The notes beneath the pieces were generated by a model. It did not search any database. It saw only the letters and a list, made by a program, of their open reading frames with translations, and was not told the origin of the DNA. A stretch of DNA of 64,000 bases from Macrostomum hystrix (lineage: Eukaryota; Animalia; Platyhelminthes): contig CATNEN010000038.1 of the NCBI GenBank assembly GCA_950097015.1, positions 9,238,001 through 9,302,000 on the forward strand, written 5' to 3'. Both the position numbers and the translations under genes were made by a program. Positions 35,216-48,528 of the stretch are shown piece after piece. Position 1 is the first letter of the stretch. The number at the start of each line of letters is the position of its first letter.

Positions 35216-37505
35216 GAGCATGTGAATCCCCAATCTTTTGAATATCGAAACTGTTTAATCACTCAGCATTTAAGTAAAAAAGTATTGAGTTTTCCGACTT
35301 GCGAATTTTGATGATTATTGAACTGAAAAAAGGGCAAAGGGTTATATGCCAAATTAAGGACTAGTATTGTCATAATGAAAACGTTGACTGAACTCCATAT
35401 CGAGTGATTTAGCTAAGCATCATTTCGCTTTGCAATTGTGTACGGAACTTAACAGAAGTCAATAGATAGCATTTGAAGAAACAAACGAAAAGAAAAATGT
35501 TAAAACACAGTTACGTAACTTTTAATGATAAATGCTATGATGATGCTGCTGCTTTGTAGAAAGAGATTGTCAGCTGTTCGTCATTTACAATAGCCAATAA
35601 GCATAGTTCTAGAACACGTAGCAGCATTATTTTACTTTTAATTTCATTCTATTCTTTTGTCCAGCTGTGCGAAAGAAAATTTAATTTCTCAACTCGTAAT
35701 TCAGTAAGAAGAAACTAGAATTTTAACTAGAAGTAATAATACATTTTGAAGGACCGTTAGTTTTTTAGTCGCTGCAGCCATGCTGCCCAGCAAGCAAAAA
35801 GCAATTCAAACCTTGTGCTGCGTTATGGAATGACTCATCGCCAATGCGCAAACCGCTTCTTGGGTCCAACGGCCCAATTGGAGTGCTTCTCGGCTTCAGC
35901 TGTTCTTTATAGATCCGTCCCTCGCTCCACCAGCGTTCATTTATCTGTTTAGCCTTTCCTTTCTTCCCTATCCGTTGCTACTGCATTTTGCGTTATATTT
36001 TATCTGAATCGCAGACAAGTGTTAGCAGATTATATTCTTTATAATAGATAGCAGACAAGGGAAAAAAGTGCTAGGAAGTTAAGAAACATGATCACATCAA
36101 CTTCGTTCAGTTATCAGCACCATGCGGACTGGCCTTTGCCACAGCAGCAGCAGCAACAGAAGCAGAAATTGCAAAAAACACCAGACCAGTTAAAGAAGCT
36201 TGAGTACTCTTATTCGTTGTATTATCCTAGATCCGATCGTAAGCTGAGCTGTTTTAAATTTTCTGATTGCTTGTCTTTATTAATTTAGTTAATCTACTTA
36301 CTATTTTAGTCTGTACGAATTCTTTTGTCCCTATAATCTTCTTATCCAATCTTTTGATCTCTATCTTATCCCCTTAACAGTAGAAAGACCACAGAAGTGT
36401 GGCATATTTTTTTCCGTATCTTCAAAAAAATTACTTCAAAAGCAATCGCCATGAAAATACAGAACGCGGGCTAAAATTTTCCGATGTATCCGATAAAACA
36501 GCTTGCTAAATCAGAAAAATTGGCATCCTCGAGATAATTACCGATATTCTCGTCGTGTTTTCTACAAGAATAGCTGAAAATAGTAATAGTCATTTAAAGT
36601 AAATGAGCGGAAAATATTGATACATATGGTGGACTTTCACGAACATCCGTCATTCAGTTTGGGACTTATCGTGAAGTAAGCGGTGGGTATTTGAGATACC
36701 CACCTGGTCTTTCCACAGGGGGAAAATAGTTGGGCCTTGCTACTGTTAATCCATGTTTAATCCATATAATCTTTGTCCTATTTCTCCAAGTATAATCTAT
36801 CCACTAATTCCCACTATTTAGGTTAATCTCCTCAGCTGATTTCTAATCTGTAGTCATATGTAAGGTGGTAGTTAATGTAGTTTCTTTAGGTGGATATTTA
36901 GGTGGAATTTAATAAGTGTTGACCATCATCATCATCATTTAGAAGAAAGGGTCACGCGAGAATCGATAACGAAACCAGAGCGGGAATGGAATGTCGCTTT
37001 GCGTACACTTTAATACATACATCATTTGCTGAGGTGTCACAGTCAGTCAAGTTGTTAGTCAGGCAATCGATCGCTATTGGTAGGAATGCTAATTGCCATG
37101 CCGTTTTTAGGTCGATCCGTTTTTGAAGCTGCCAAAATGTAGCTTAAGATAGCTTAGCGATAGCAATACCAGTAAATGTTCAGTTGCTGTGACCCATGAC
37201 TGACCTGCGGTCCAACTTTCCCTTTTGATCTCTTCCTATTTCTCCTTTAGAATATCTTTCCTACTCTCCTTTCTTATCTCTTCCTTAGTCTCCTTTATTA
37301 TCTCATTCACACTCTCCTTTCTTAAGTCCTCTCCACTCTCCTTTCTAATCTCTTCCCTAATCTCCATTCTTATCTCTTCCCTACTCTCCCTTTTCCTATC
37401 TTGCCCACTTTCCTTACGCAAGCTGTCTAAACTAGAACTCATAAATATAATTTATCCTCCTCTGCAGGCCTCTGTTTCTCCACAATCGACTGTCGCAGCA
37501 GCAGC

Positions 37506-40500
37506 ATGACCGGCTCCGCTGGCAACTCTGCGGCAGGTGGCAGCGGCGGTGGCGGCGGTGGCGGAGGCAGCGGCAGCGGTGGCGGCAAAGGCATCTGCAG
37601 AGATCTTTACGAATTTCTGAAGGAGGCAGAGCTAGATCACTATTACACTTCGATGACGCACACCTTAAAGGTAAGAACCAGCTGCCCTTCCTATTCTGAT
37701 TCAGACTTGACAACTTTTTAAATATCATGTTCACACATCTGCCAGGTGACCAGCATTAATCAGTTAAAGTACGTAGAAGACGAAGATTTGGCGGACATCG
37801 GCCTGACAAAGCCGGAGATGCGGCGCCTTAGAAAATTCTTTCTCCGCGAATGCCCCCAGTCCGCTGTTGGTCGACTGCGCAAACGGCTGACCAATGCCCG
37901 CGGTGGCCGCGGCGGCGGAGGCGGCGGCGGTGCGGGCGATGATGACTTCGGAGGCGCAGCCGGCGGCGGTGTCGGCGGTGTATGCGCCGGCGGTCCGGAC
38001 CTTCTGGTTGGCGCTCTCAGGCTGCCTCCATCCACCAGCTACCTGATACCGCCGGACCAGATCGAGCTGGGCAAAGTGCTTGGCGAAGGCGAATTCGGCC
38101 GCGTCTACCAGGCCGTGTGGAGTCCCGGCGGCGACCGTGGGCAGCGCATCCAGGTGGCCGTGAAGGCCATGGATAAGGACCGTCTGTCGCCTGGACAGGC
38201 GGCTGACTTTCTCAAAGAGGTCACAAACATGCACGGCATTGAGCACAGGAATATTGTGCGACTGTACGGCCTGGCGATTGGCGAGGACAAATTCCAGATG
38301 GTTACAGAGCTGGCGCCGCTGAGGTGAGCCTCTGATAGTACAGAGTGGCTTTGCACTGATTGTACCTGCTGGGATTGCTGCGAGTTTCAGTCTCAGAATT
38401 CGGCAGCTTCAGTTTCAGAATTCGACAGCTTCAGTATCAGAATTCGACAGCTTCAGTTTCAGAATTCGACAGCTTCAGTTTCTGAATTCGACAGCTTCAG
38501 TTTCTGAATTCGACAGCTTCAGTATCAGAATTCGACAGCTTCAATTTCTGAATTCGACAGCTTCAGTCTAAGAATTCGACAGCTTCAGTCTCAGAATTCG
38601 ACAGCTTCAGTTTCTGAATTCGACAGCTTCAGTTTCAGAATTCGACAGCTTCAGTTTCTGAATTCGACAGCTTCAGTTTCAGAATTCGACAGCTTCAGTT
38701 TCAGAATTCGACAGCTTCAGTTTCTTAATTCGACAGCTTCAGTTTCTGAATTCGACAGCTTCAGTTTCTGAATTCGACAGCTTCAGTCTCAGAATTCGAC
38801 AGCTTCAGTCTCAGAATTCGACAGCTTCAGTCTCAGAATTCGACAGCTTCAGTTTCAGAATTCGACAGCTTCAGTCTCAGAATTCGACAGATTCAGTCTC
38901 AGAATTCGACAGCTTCAGTTTCAGAATTCGACAGCTTCAGTTTCAGAATTCGACAGCTTCAGTTTCTGAATTCGACAGCTTCAGTTTCAGAATTCGACAG
39001 CTTCAGTTTCAGAATTCGACAGCTTCAGTCTCAGAATTTGACAGCTTCAGTTTCAGAATTCGACAGCTTCAGTCTCAGAATTCGACAGCTTCAGTCTCTT
39101 AATTCGACAGCTTCAGTTTCTGAATTCGACAGCTTCAGTTTCTGAATTCGACAGCTTCAGTTTCTGAATTCGACAGCTTCAGTTTCTGAATTCGACAGCT
39201 TCAGTTTCTGAATTCGACAGCTTCAGTTTCTGAATTCGACAGCTTCAGTTTCTGAATTCGACAGCTTCAGTCTCAGAATTCGACAGCTTCAGTCTCAGAA
39301 TTCGACAGCTTCAGTCTCAGAATTCGACAGCTTCAGTTTCAGAATTCGACAGCTTCAGTCTCAGAATTCGACAGATTCAGTCTCAGAATTCGACAGCTTC
39401 AGTTTCAGAATTCGACAGCTTCAGTTTCAGAATTCGACAGCTTCAGCCTCAGAATTTGACAGCCCTTTGTTTCTAACCCTTTAGACCAATCAAACGTTTG
39501 ATTGGACAGTGAAATCCACATAATTAATTACGTATTGATATCGCACTAGCTCTAATGTCCACTAACTGGAACTTGTTGCCCTAAAACAGCAATTTGGCAG
39601 TCTTTGGTAGAATTTAGTAATGGTTACTAAATTCCCGCCTACTTTTTTGTTGCATTAGTTGTTTGCGTTGCACTGATTTTTAATTCACGGGCCTCAGTTG
39701 GCGAAAGGATCTTGCGCAGTTTCATAGCGTAAGTCCGCCTCCAACTGCTTTCAAAATGAGGCTTTCATTTCATATTAGCCCGAGACTGCAAAATGATACA
39801 ACAGTGCCAATTCGCAATTGAATTTGTAGCCACTTATTAACTAAGCATAAACTTATAATTGCGAGAACATTTTTCTTGGAATTAAATACGCCTTTCAACA
39901 ATTACCATACTAGTAGGGCAGAGTCTGTTTACTTCTTGCTAGCTGCTTCATTGTTTATATTTTGGTCTCGGGAAGGGAAATGTGTTAAATTTATTCAATG
40001 ACCAGATAAATACCGGAATCTAAATAAAATATTGTAGTCAAAAAGTCAGAAAGAAGAACGAGATTTCATAATAAGGACCAGAACATGATAAGTAGGACTG
40101 CAATTCGATAAATCAGGACCAGAATATTTCTAAATCAGGACAAAATTCTGATAAATCGGGACAATAATCTAATAAACCAAGACCAGAATCTGATATATCA
40201 GGACCAGAGTATGATATATCAGGGCCAGAATCTGATATTTCAGGACCAGAGTATGATATATCAGGGCCAGAATCTGATATTTCAGGACCAGAGTATGATA
40301 TATCAGGGCCAGAATCTGATATATCAGGACCAGAGTATGATATATCAGGGCCAGAATCTGATATTTCAGGACCAGAGTATGATATATCAGGGCCAGAATC
40401 TGATATTTCAGGACCAGAGTATGATAAATCAGGACCAGAATATGATCCATCAGACCCGAATATGATCCATCAGGACCAGAATATGATCAATCAGGACCAG

Positions 40501-43500
40501 AATATGATCAATCAGGACCAGAATATGATCAATCAGGACCAGAATATGATCAATCAGGACCAGAATATGATCCATCAGGACCAGAATCTGATAAATCAGG
40601 AACAGAATATGATCAATCAGGACCAGAATATGATCAATCAGGACCAGAATCTGATCCATCAGGACCAGAATATGATCCATCAGGACCAGAATCTGATAAA
40701 TCAGGATCAGAATATGATCAATCAGGACCAGAATATGATCAATCAGGACCAGAATATGATCCATCAGGACCAGAATATGATCCATCAGGACCAGAATATG
40801 ATCAATCAGGACCAGAATATGATCAATCAGGTCCAGAATATGATCCATCAGGACCAGAATATGATCAATCAGGACCAGAATCTGAGAAACATGGACTTTT
40901 ACCCGAATAAGGACCATATAGATGGGCATTATATTGCCACAATGTAAATACGAGGCCGAGCAGTGAGCTGAGCAGCATCCCATCTACCGCTCACCTCCCA
41001 GATCCCTTCTCGAGTGCGTGCGAGAAGCGGCCCTCCGCTGCAGTTTCCACGTTGGCGCATTGTGCAACTTTGCCCAGCAGATAGCCGAGGGCATGTCTTA
41101 CCTGGAGAATCAGCGCCTCATTCATCGCGACCTAGCCGCGCGTAACATTCTCGTCTTCACCAAGGACCGCGTGAAGATATCCGACTTTGGCATGAGTCGC
41201 GCTCTTCAGCTTGGCAAAGAGTATTATCAAACAAATTTTAATGTCAATCTGAAATTGCCAATCGCCTGGTGCGCGCCTGAGAGCATCAATTATCTGAGAT
41301 TCACCTCGGCCTCGGATGTCTGGGCCTACGCTGTCACCCTCTGGGAGATGTTCTCATACGGCTTCCAGCCCTGGGCGGGCCTGACCGGTCAGCAGATTCT
41401 CGAGACAATCGACGAGCCCCAGTTCGGCCGTCTGGAGAAGCCCGACGCCTGCCCAACGGCGCACTACGCCCTGATGCTGAAGTGCTGGGATCACGAGGCC
41501 AAACGGCGTCCAACATTCGCCGAGATAGCCGCCCACCTGCCCAAGATCATCCCGGAGAAGCACGTGGCTCTGGAGGCCAGCCCCAACCCGCCGGCTGTGC
41601 GCGACCAGTTGCATTTCTCAGCCGGCGACACTCTCTACGTGCTGGACAAACGGATGGGCGGCGAGCCCTGGCGCGGCATCGGCCTCAGCGGCAACTCCGG
41701 CTTCTTCCAGCCGCACTTGACTAGGCCTGTCCTGCACGAGCTGGAGGCCGCCGCTGCTGCGGCTGCTGCAGCCGCCGCCTCTCCGTCTAAGAAAGTTTCT
41801 AGGCGAGGTAAGCTCATACACTGTCACTGTACCTTAGCCTTGGTAATTCGTCGATTCGAACCCACGACCTTTTCTATTAGTTTGATATCCTTGATTTATC
41901 AGTTGCGCTCTTTGCACTTACTAAACATTTTTGTTGCTTTCCTAAGCAGCATGCGAAATAGCTAAAGCCTTGTTTTTTTATCGTTGAAAAATTAAGTCGC
42001 TATGTTTAACTGTCTTTTAATACGAGCGTAGTTAACTCTTATCCACAGTGAGATCCCTGTGTTTTGTCCACAATGAGAACCATGGGAAAATAATCAGATA
42101 TCAGAAGGTGCAAATAAGTTTACGGAATTTATTTCTACATCTATGTTCCAATTGTTTTGTTCACTCATTTGCAGCAACACTTGGTAGCTCGTATGCCAAA
42201 GAGTTCAGCGCTAAAGTTAGCTTAGTAAAGAGTGAGTATGATTTGTTTATAATTTGCTTTCGGTAATACGTTTGTGTGTAATCCATTTTCTAATTACTAA
42301 ACGCATGATTGACAGCTTGTTGTAGTTTTGTTTACTAATCAAAAGTTATTTACCTCTGTTTTGTGGGTTTTTTAAGTACCTTTACTTAACATTTAGGTGT
42401 TCAAATATAATAATTGGGCCAGATCTGCAGCCGACAGCACAGCCGCAGCTATTGCGCGGCGCATCTGAAGGCTGCGTACGGCTGTTCAGTCCATGGACTG
42501 GGGGACGACACACCCACCTTCAGTTATCCCAGCTGATGCTGGCACCCATTTAACAGCTGGGCGAACTGAAGCAATGCAGGGTTAAGTGTCTTGCTAAAGG
42601 ACACAAATTGTTCCAATGGGGAATCGAACCCCCGACCATTAAGTCTTCAGTCCGGTGCTCTATCCCACTTGGCTACGAACCCTTTTATCGTTGATAATAT
42701 TTGAATAGTGATTCATGATTTAAGATAAGAAATCTAAAGTCTAAGAACAAAAAGGTTGTGTTGTATAAAACCTAGTCCATTATATTTACATTATGTACTC
42801 AATCCATGTGTGTGCTCAATACTAATTGCTGCGCTTTGTCACACTGTCACTTTCACACCGTTTTTCTAACTCGCTACTAACTCAGCTTAATAATTTCAAA
42901 TTGCTTTTTTGAGTGACATTGCTTTATAATAATATATTCTGTGTCTTGGTATTTGGATCATTGCTACAAATCTTAGAATATATATTATTTAAGGTTTTAA
43001 TTTTTTAGATAAAATACCAACCTTATATGAGCCATTTTCGCCATTTGACAATATTTATCCTTTGATATTTAGAACCATCCTTCACATCCTTATTTCCCAT
43101 CATTTCTTCTTGTCTATTACTCAACCTTCCTTCACGTCTATTACCCTTCAGTAACACAGGTCCCCATTCTTCAGTTCCCTTCCACATTCTTCAGTTCCCT
43201 CCCACATTCTTCAGTTCCCTTGCACATTCTTCAGTTCCCTTCCCCATTCTTCAGTTCCCTTCCACATTCATCAGTTCCCTTCCACATTCATCAGTTCCCT
43301 TCCACATTCTTCAGTTCCCTTCCACATTCATCAGTTCCCTTCCCCATTCTTCAGTTCCCTTCCCCATTCTTCAGTTCCCTTCCACATTCTTCAGGTCGCT
43401 TCCACATTCATCAGTTCCCTTCCCCATTCTTCAGTTCCCTTCTACATTCTTCAGGTCGCTTCCACATTCTTCAGTTCCCTTCCCCATTCTTCAGTTCCCT

Positions 43501-44178
43501 TCCACATTCTTCAGTTCCCTTCCGCCTTCTTCAGTTCCCTTCCCATCCCTCGTTTAAATTCTGTACACATCTCAATCATCCGTGACCGTCGCGCTGCCCT
43601 CCCTCGTCCTTCAGAAGCCGCCCAGTCGTCTAGGCCGCAGCCGCGAATCCGGCCAGACATGATTTCCGCGCCGCAGGACGATTTTCGCCACACTGGCCAC
43701 GTCGGTCACGACGGCTCCGTCTTTGGCGACGTCTCCTTCATGTCGGCCGCCGGCGTCTCCCTGACGCCATCGGCGCCCGCCACCCCGACGCCGCCGCCGA
43801 AACCGACACCGCCTGCCCTCAGCATCATCGCGGGCTGTCCCCCTGGCAACGCCGGGCCCGGGTCGTCTCCCAGCCCCAGCAACATGTCGCTCGGCAGCGT
43901 CACCTCTGTCAGCACAATGGACACCTTGCAGCACCAGCCAGGCTACTGCAAGCTTGGCTCCAGCCTTAGCCTTGGCGTGGACACCTGCACCCTGGCTTCC
44001 GAGGCGCTGGCCGAGGCGCCCGAGGAGGACGAAGAAGAAGCCGAAGACGAAGAGGACGACTACGAGAGATCCGGCCCAGTGTCCTCGGAGCTCGACCTGT
44101 TTGCTGACTTCAACTTTGGCGGTCTCGGCGGCGGCAGTACTGACAGCGGCGCCGGAAGCGAAGGCGGAAGCCGAATCA

Positions 44179-44225
<47 letters not shown>

Positions 44226-46927
44226 AGTGGCGGAAGCGATCTCACTGACGGATTAGGTAAATAATAATCTAAATTGAAGATTCTAGAATTCATGTATTGT
44301 AGATCTTTAGTAGGATTGTAGATCTCAGGTGAGATTGTAGACCTCAGGTGAGATTGTAGACCTCAGGTGAGATTGTAGATCTCAGGTGTGATTGTAGATC
44401 TCAGGTAAGATTGTAGACCTCAGGTGAGATTGTAGACCTCAAGTGAGATTGTAGACCTCAGGTGAGATTGTAGACCTCAGGTGAGATTGTAGACCTCAGG
44501 TGAGATTGTAGATCTCAGGTGAGATTGTAGATCTCAGGTGAGATTGTAGATCTCAGGTGAGATTGTAGACCTTAGGTGAGATTGTAGATCACGGGTACTA
44601 AATTCCTGCCATTTGATTTTTCAAGGTCTGACTGGCGGCAGCTCGCTGATGGATGAAATCTTCAAGTCGTGGTCGTTAAGCGGCGGCGACTCAGACAGCG
44701 GCAGCAACACCCTCACCCTGACCAGCTGCCGGCAGCCGTTTAGCGGCAACGGCGGAGGCAATAAGAACGGCGCCGCTGGTAGCTATAGCAACGATGACGG
44801 GGATGACACAGATTCTATTAGCGCCGCAATTCTCAACTTGGGCTGCGGCGGCAGGGAGAAATCCTCCCTGTTGCTAGGCGATGATACCACGCCGACGGAC
44901 GAACGGCCGCCGGCGATAATTTCTGCGAAGAGAAACGGGGGCGCTGGCAGCCTCAGCAGTACCAGCAGCAGCAGCGGCGGGGGCGAGCAGGGTCTGTTTC
45001 GTCAGCCGCAGCAGCAGCAGCAGCTGCCTGCCCCGGCATTGAAGCGGCCAGGCTCCACCAACTCAAGCACCAACTCCACGGCTTCAAATGTGAGCTCTCT
45101 GGCCGATTCACCGTCTCGACAGCACCACCTGCAGCAGCAGCAACTCAGTCTGCAAAAGCGCAGCAATCAGTCGTTGAACTCGCAGGGCAGCGGTGACAGT
45201 GTCGGGATGGCTGCCAACAAAGCCCGGACTCTGCCCACCGAGCAGCAGCAGCAGCAGGTCACCGCCCCGCCGTCCTCTGGAAGTCCCAGGCGATCTTCGC
45301 GCAGTTCATTCCTGAGCTTCGCTTCCGGCCGACGCTCGAAGGCCGCAGCCGCGACCGCCTCCTCGACAGACGCCGCGGCCGGCGGCATCTCTAAGCCGAT
45401 CCTGATCTCCGGCCCGATCAGCCTGCAATCTTCGTCCAACTCTAGCATCAGCACCGTGGCCAGCGGGGTTGGCGAGCCACCGGCCGGCGTTGCCACCATC
45501 GGGGCCGTCACCGGGCACACCACGCTGCGTGCGCTGCGCGGCAACCAGGTGTTCAGGGCTCCCGCACCCACAGCGCCAGGTAATTGCTTTTTGGCAAGTT
45601 ATCGCTAGGAGTACAGAGGAGTTTAAATATTTTAGCCTTGTGTGTTAGAGCGTCGATCCCTCGACTTTACGGTCGGGGGGTTCGATTCCTGACTCCATTG
45701 GAACGATTTGTGTTCTTTAGCAAGACAATTAACTCTGAACTGCTTCAGATCACCCAGCCATTAAATGGCTACCAGCATTAGCTGGGATAATTGAAGGTGG
45801 GGCGTGGCGTCCCCCCAGTCCATGGACTGAATCTATTAGGTTCTCAAAAGTAAGATTTTTTATTGGAATTCTCCGATTTTGCTCACAGGCCCCATCGGCG
45901 GCGCCAAGTCGACGGCCTCCACTGCCACGGCGATAAAATCCGTCAATTTCGGCGATGTCCGCACCGCCGGCAGCGTCTGCTCGCAGCGGCTGTCCACCGC
46001 CTCCACGGCCTCTTCCGAGACCTCCCCCTCCTCGAATATCTGCGGAATCTCCCTCGGCGGCGTCGGCGACTCGCCAGCTGCTGCCGGCGCCGCTGACGAC
46101 AGTTTCTGGGGCTCCGGCTTCAACCTGGGCGACTTCGGCCTGGGCAGCGCTGGCAAAAAACAGGACGAGGATGATTCGGCGGCTGTGATTGACAGGCCCG
46201 GGAACTACAGGTGATTTTCAGCTGGCTGGCTGTTGCTGAGTGGATGGACATATGGGTTAGAGCTGGTGCTAAGTGGATGGACCTGAGGGTTAAGACTGTT
46301 TCTGAGGGGATTGTCCTGAGGGTTAAGACTGTTTCTGAGGGGATTGTCCTGAGGGTTAAGACTGTTTCTGAGGGGATTGTCCTGAGGGTTAAGACTGTTT
46401 CTGAGGGGATTGTCCTGAGGGTTAAGACTGTTTCTGAGGGGATTGTCCTGAGGGTTAAGACTGTTTCTGAGGGGATTGTCCTGAGGGTTAAGACTGTTTC
46501 TGAGGGGATTGTCCTGAGGGTTAAGACTGTTTCTGAGGGGATTGTCCTGAGGGTTAAGACTGTTTCTGAGGGGATTGTCCTGAGGGTTAAGACTGTTTCT
46601 GAGGGGATTGTCCTGAGGGTTAAGACTGTTTCTGAGGGGATTGTCCTGAGGGTGCAACATTAATTTTTCATATTTGAGTGAGTTTGGCAGGCAAGTCTGT
46701 GCAGGTGTGATTTCATTTGGCTGTTGAATCCCCCCTACTCGCATTGCAGCAATGTTCCGTCCAACTCGCGCAGTTCCCAGCTGTACGCCTCTTCGTCTCG
46801 CCGGCGGTACATTATGAACGAGGTCAGTCTAATCGCTGTTTTTTGCTAGGTGCTGGCACTAAATAGCAGTTTTGTCTGATTTCTATTGCAGGATGAAGAT
46901 GACGATGACGAGATCATGAATATGTGA
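37506..46927 (+). CDS. Ack-like: Ack-like/PR2 (ARK-1 type) non-receptor tyrosine kinase (SAM-kinase-SH3-CRIB); exons 37506-37670, 37746-38323, 41002-41807, 43615-44256, 44626-45579, 45889-46210, 46750-46822, 46892-46927
   Basis: SAM (LYEFLKEAEL..DLADIGLTKPEMRRL), GEGEFG, VAVK, HRDLAARN, DFGMSRAL..YYQTNFNVNLKLPIAWCAPE (PR2-type activation loop), SH3-like segment and CRIB ISAPQDDFRHTGHVG. All introns are GT-AG with compatible phases. A possible in-frame upstream exon lies at 36088-36238. Confidence 0.93.
38386..39462. repeat. 22-bp intronic minisatellite (CAGTTTCAGAATTCGACAGCTT), ~49 units
   Basis: Tandem units, most containing GAATTC. Confidence 0.97.
40075..40885. repeat. 21-bp intronic minisatellite (ATCAGGACCAGAATATGATCA)
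   Basis: Tandem units with a degenerate left edge; source of the QDQNMIN ORFs. Confidence 0.95.
42412..42681 (-). mobile_element. tRNA-derived SINE family 2 with CORE-like central domain, near full length
   Basis: Minus strand shows A box TAGCCAAGTGG and B box GGTTCGATTCC. The centre TGTGTCCTTTAGCAAGACACTTAACC..GCTTCAGTT..CTGTTAAATGGG resembles the MIR CORE domain. AT-rich tail. Confidence 0.85.
43162..43545. repeat. 20-bp intronic minisatellite (TCCACATTCTTCAGTTCCCT)
   Basis: Directly visible. Confidence 0.95.
44315..44590. repeat. 19-bp intronic minisatellite (GATTGTAGACCTCAGGTGA)
   Basis: Directly visible. Confidence 0.95.
45632..45832 (+). mobile_element. SINE family 2, 3'-truncated intronic copy
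   Basis: GGTTCGATTCC B box, CORE-like region and CAGTCCATGGACTGAA. Confidence 0.8.
46282..46652. repeat. 33-bp intronic minisatellite (CCTGAGGGTTAAGACTGTTTCTGAGGGGATTGT), ~11 perfect units
   Basis: Directly visible. Confidence 0.97.
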
Positions 46928-47706
46928 CCCGCACGGCGAAGATTCTAATGAAAAATGCGGACCTGGTGTGACTGTCGTATTTTTTCTATCTAGTTACTCA
47001 ATTATTATTCAATTTAATAATACATGTTAAAATATATTAGTGTCAATGTTGTATCCGCTTCTGACTACTTATCTGTATATAGGGTATCAGTAGTAGGCGA
47101 CATGTTTCTTACTATAATTTTCTTTAGTTTTAATAATTTTTTTGTTTTCGCTGTTTTTAGTGGCTTTTGAAAACACTCACTCTATACTACTGAGGCGATT
47201 AGTGAAGTAGTGTGAATCGGAAATTAATTCAAAGCTTCAGTTTATTACACACCTGTTAGGAATCAATTTTTGAACTATTCCACCATCGAATTTGTTGTCA
47301 TTGACTACGGGAACAAAGACGGAAACATTTTTTCCTCTCTCTCCGTAGGTCCAGCTGTTTCGCAATCAACTTTACCTGCTTTTTATGTTGTTTTTTATTA
47401 TTGTTTTCGTTTTTTCGCATAATTATCGTCTGCACACGAATTGTAAAGCATATAATATATAATTTTTAATACTTGCTTGCCCTCTTGATAAGTTGAGTCA
47501 GTGCTTAACAAGAGTACATTTGTGTGTGCTCAAGTAAAACTTTTTAGATGCGCAGAATAACAATCTGAAGTGTTGAAATATATTTTGTCATCAGTTACGA
47601 GACACAGTTGTGCCTCTGCGCGTTATTGCATTCATTGGCTTGTTTAAAGTTAATCGGTAATTGTATTAACAATAGAAAGATTAGGGGGGGGGCTTTTCGA
47701 AAATCC

Positions 47707-48233
47707 CCAGGGTCAACCACTTGTCGCCAGGGTCAACCACTTGTCGCCAGGGTCAACCACTTGTCACCTGGGTCAACCACTTGTCGCCAGGGTCAACCAC
47801 ATGTCGCCAGGGTCAACCACTTGTCGCCAGGGTCAACCACTTGTCGCCAGGGTCAACCACTTGTCGCCAGGGTCAACCACTTGTCACCAGGGTCAACCAC
47901 TTGTCGCCAGGGTCAACCACATGTCGCCAGGGTCAACCACTTGTCGCCAGGGTCAACCACTTGTCGCCAGGGTCAACCACTTGTCGCCAGGGTCAACCAC
48001 TTGTCGCCAGGGTCAACCACTTGTCGCCAGGGTCAACCACTTGTCGCTAGGGTCAACCACTTGTCGCCAGGGTCAACCACTTGTCGCCAAGGTCAACCAC
48101 TTGTCGCCAGGGTCAACCACTTGTCGCCAGGGTCAACCACTTGTCGCCAAGGTCAACCACTTGTCGCCAGGGTCAACCACTTGTCGCCAAGGTCAACCAC
48201 TTGTCGCCAAGGTCAACCACTTGTCGCCAAGGT
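47707..48233. repeat. 20-bp minisatellite (CCAGGGTCAACCACTTGTCG), ~26 units
   Basis: Directly visible. Confidence 0.97.
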
Positions 48234-48371
48234 CTTCGAAAAGAATCACTGAATATGTCGACGGTGCTGACTCGGGCTGCTTTGAAAGTTAGTTGATCTT
48301 AAAGGGCGGAAAATTTTGATTTGAAAAGTGGCGTGCTCTTTCTACTGTTAAGAAATTTACTAGATTGATTG

Positions 48372-48528
48372 TACCCTAGTAGTTAGGGGTGTCTGACTCA
48401 CGACTTGAAGGTCGGGGGTTCGATTCCTAACGCATTTTGTCCTTCAGCAAGACACTTAACTCTAGGTTGCTTCAGTTCACCCAGCTGTTAAATTAGTACC
48501 AGTAAGTATTAGCTGTGCTGAACTGAAA
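48372..48528 (+). mobile_element. SINE family 2, partial copy
   Basis: GGTCGGGGGTTCGATTCC followed by TGTCCTTCAGCAAGACACTTAAC..TTGCTTCAGTTCACCCAGCTGTTAAAT. Confidence 0.8.

Noticed and set aside
37760-46156. Antisense and alternate-frame ORFs over the Ack-like exons (likewise over ABCB10, BEN-like and caspase exons)
   Set aside because: Shadow ORFs of GC-rich coding sequence.
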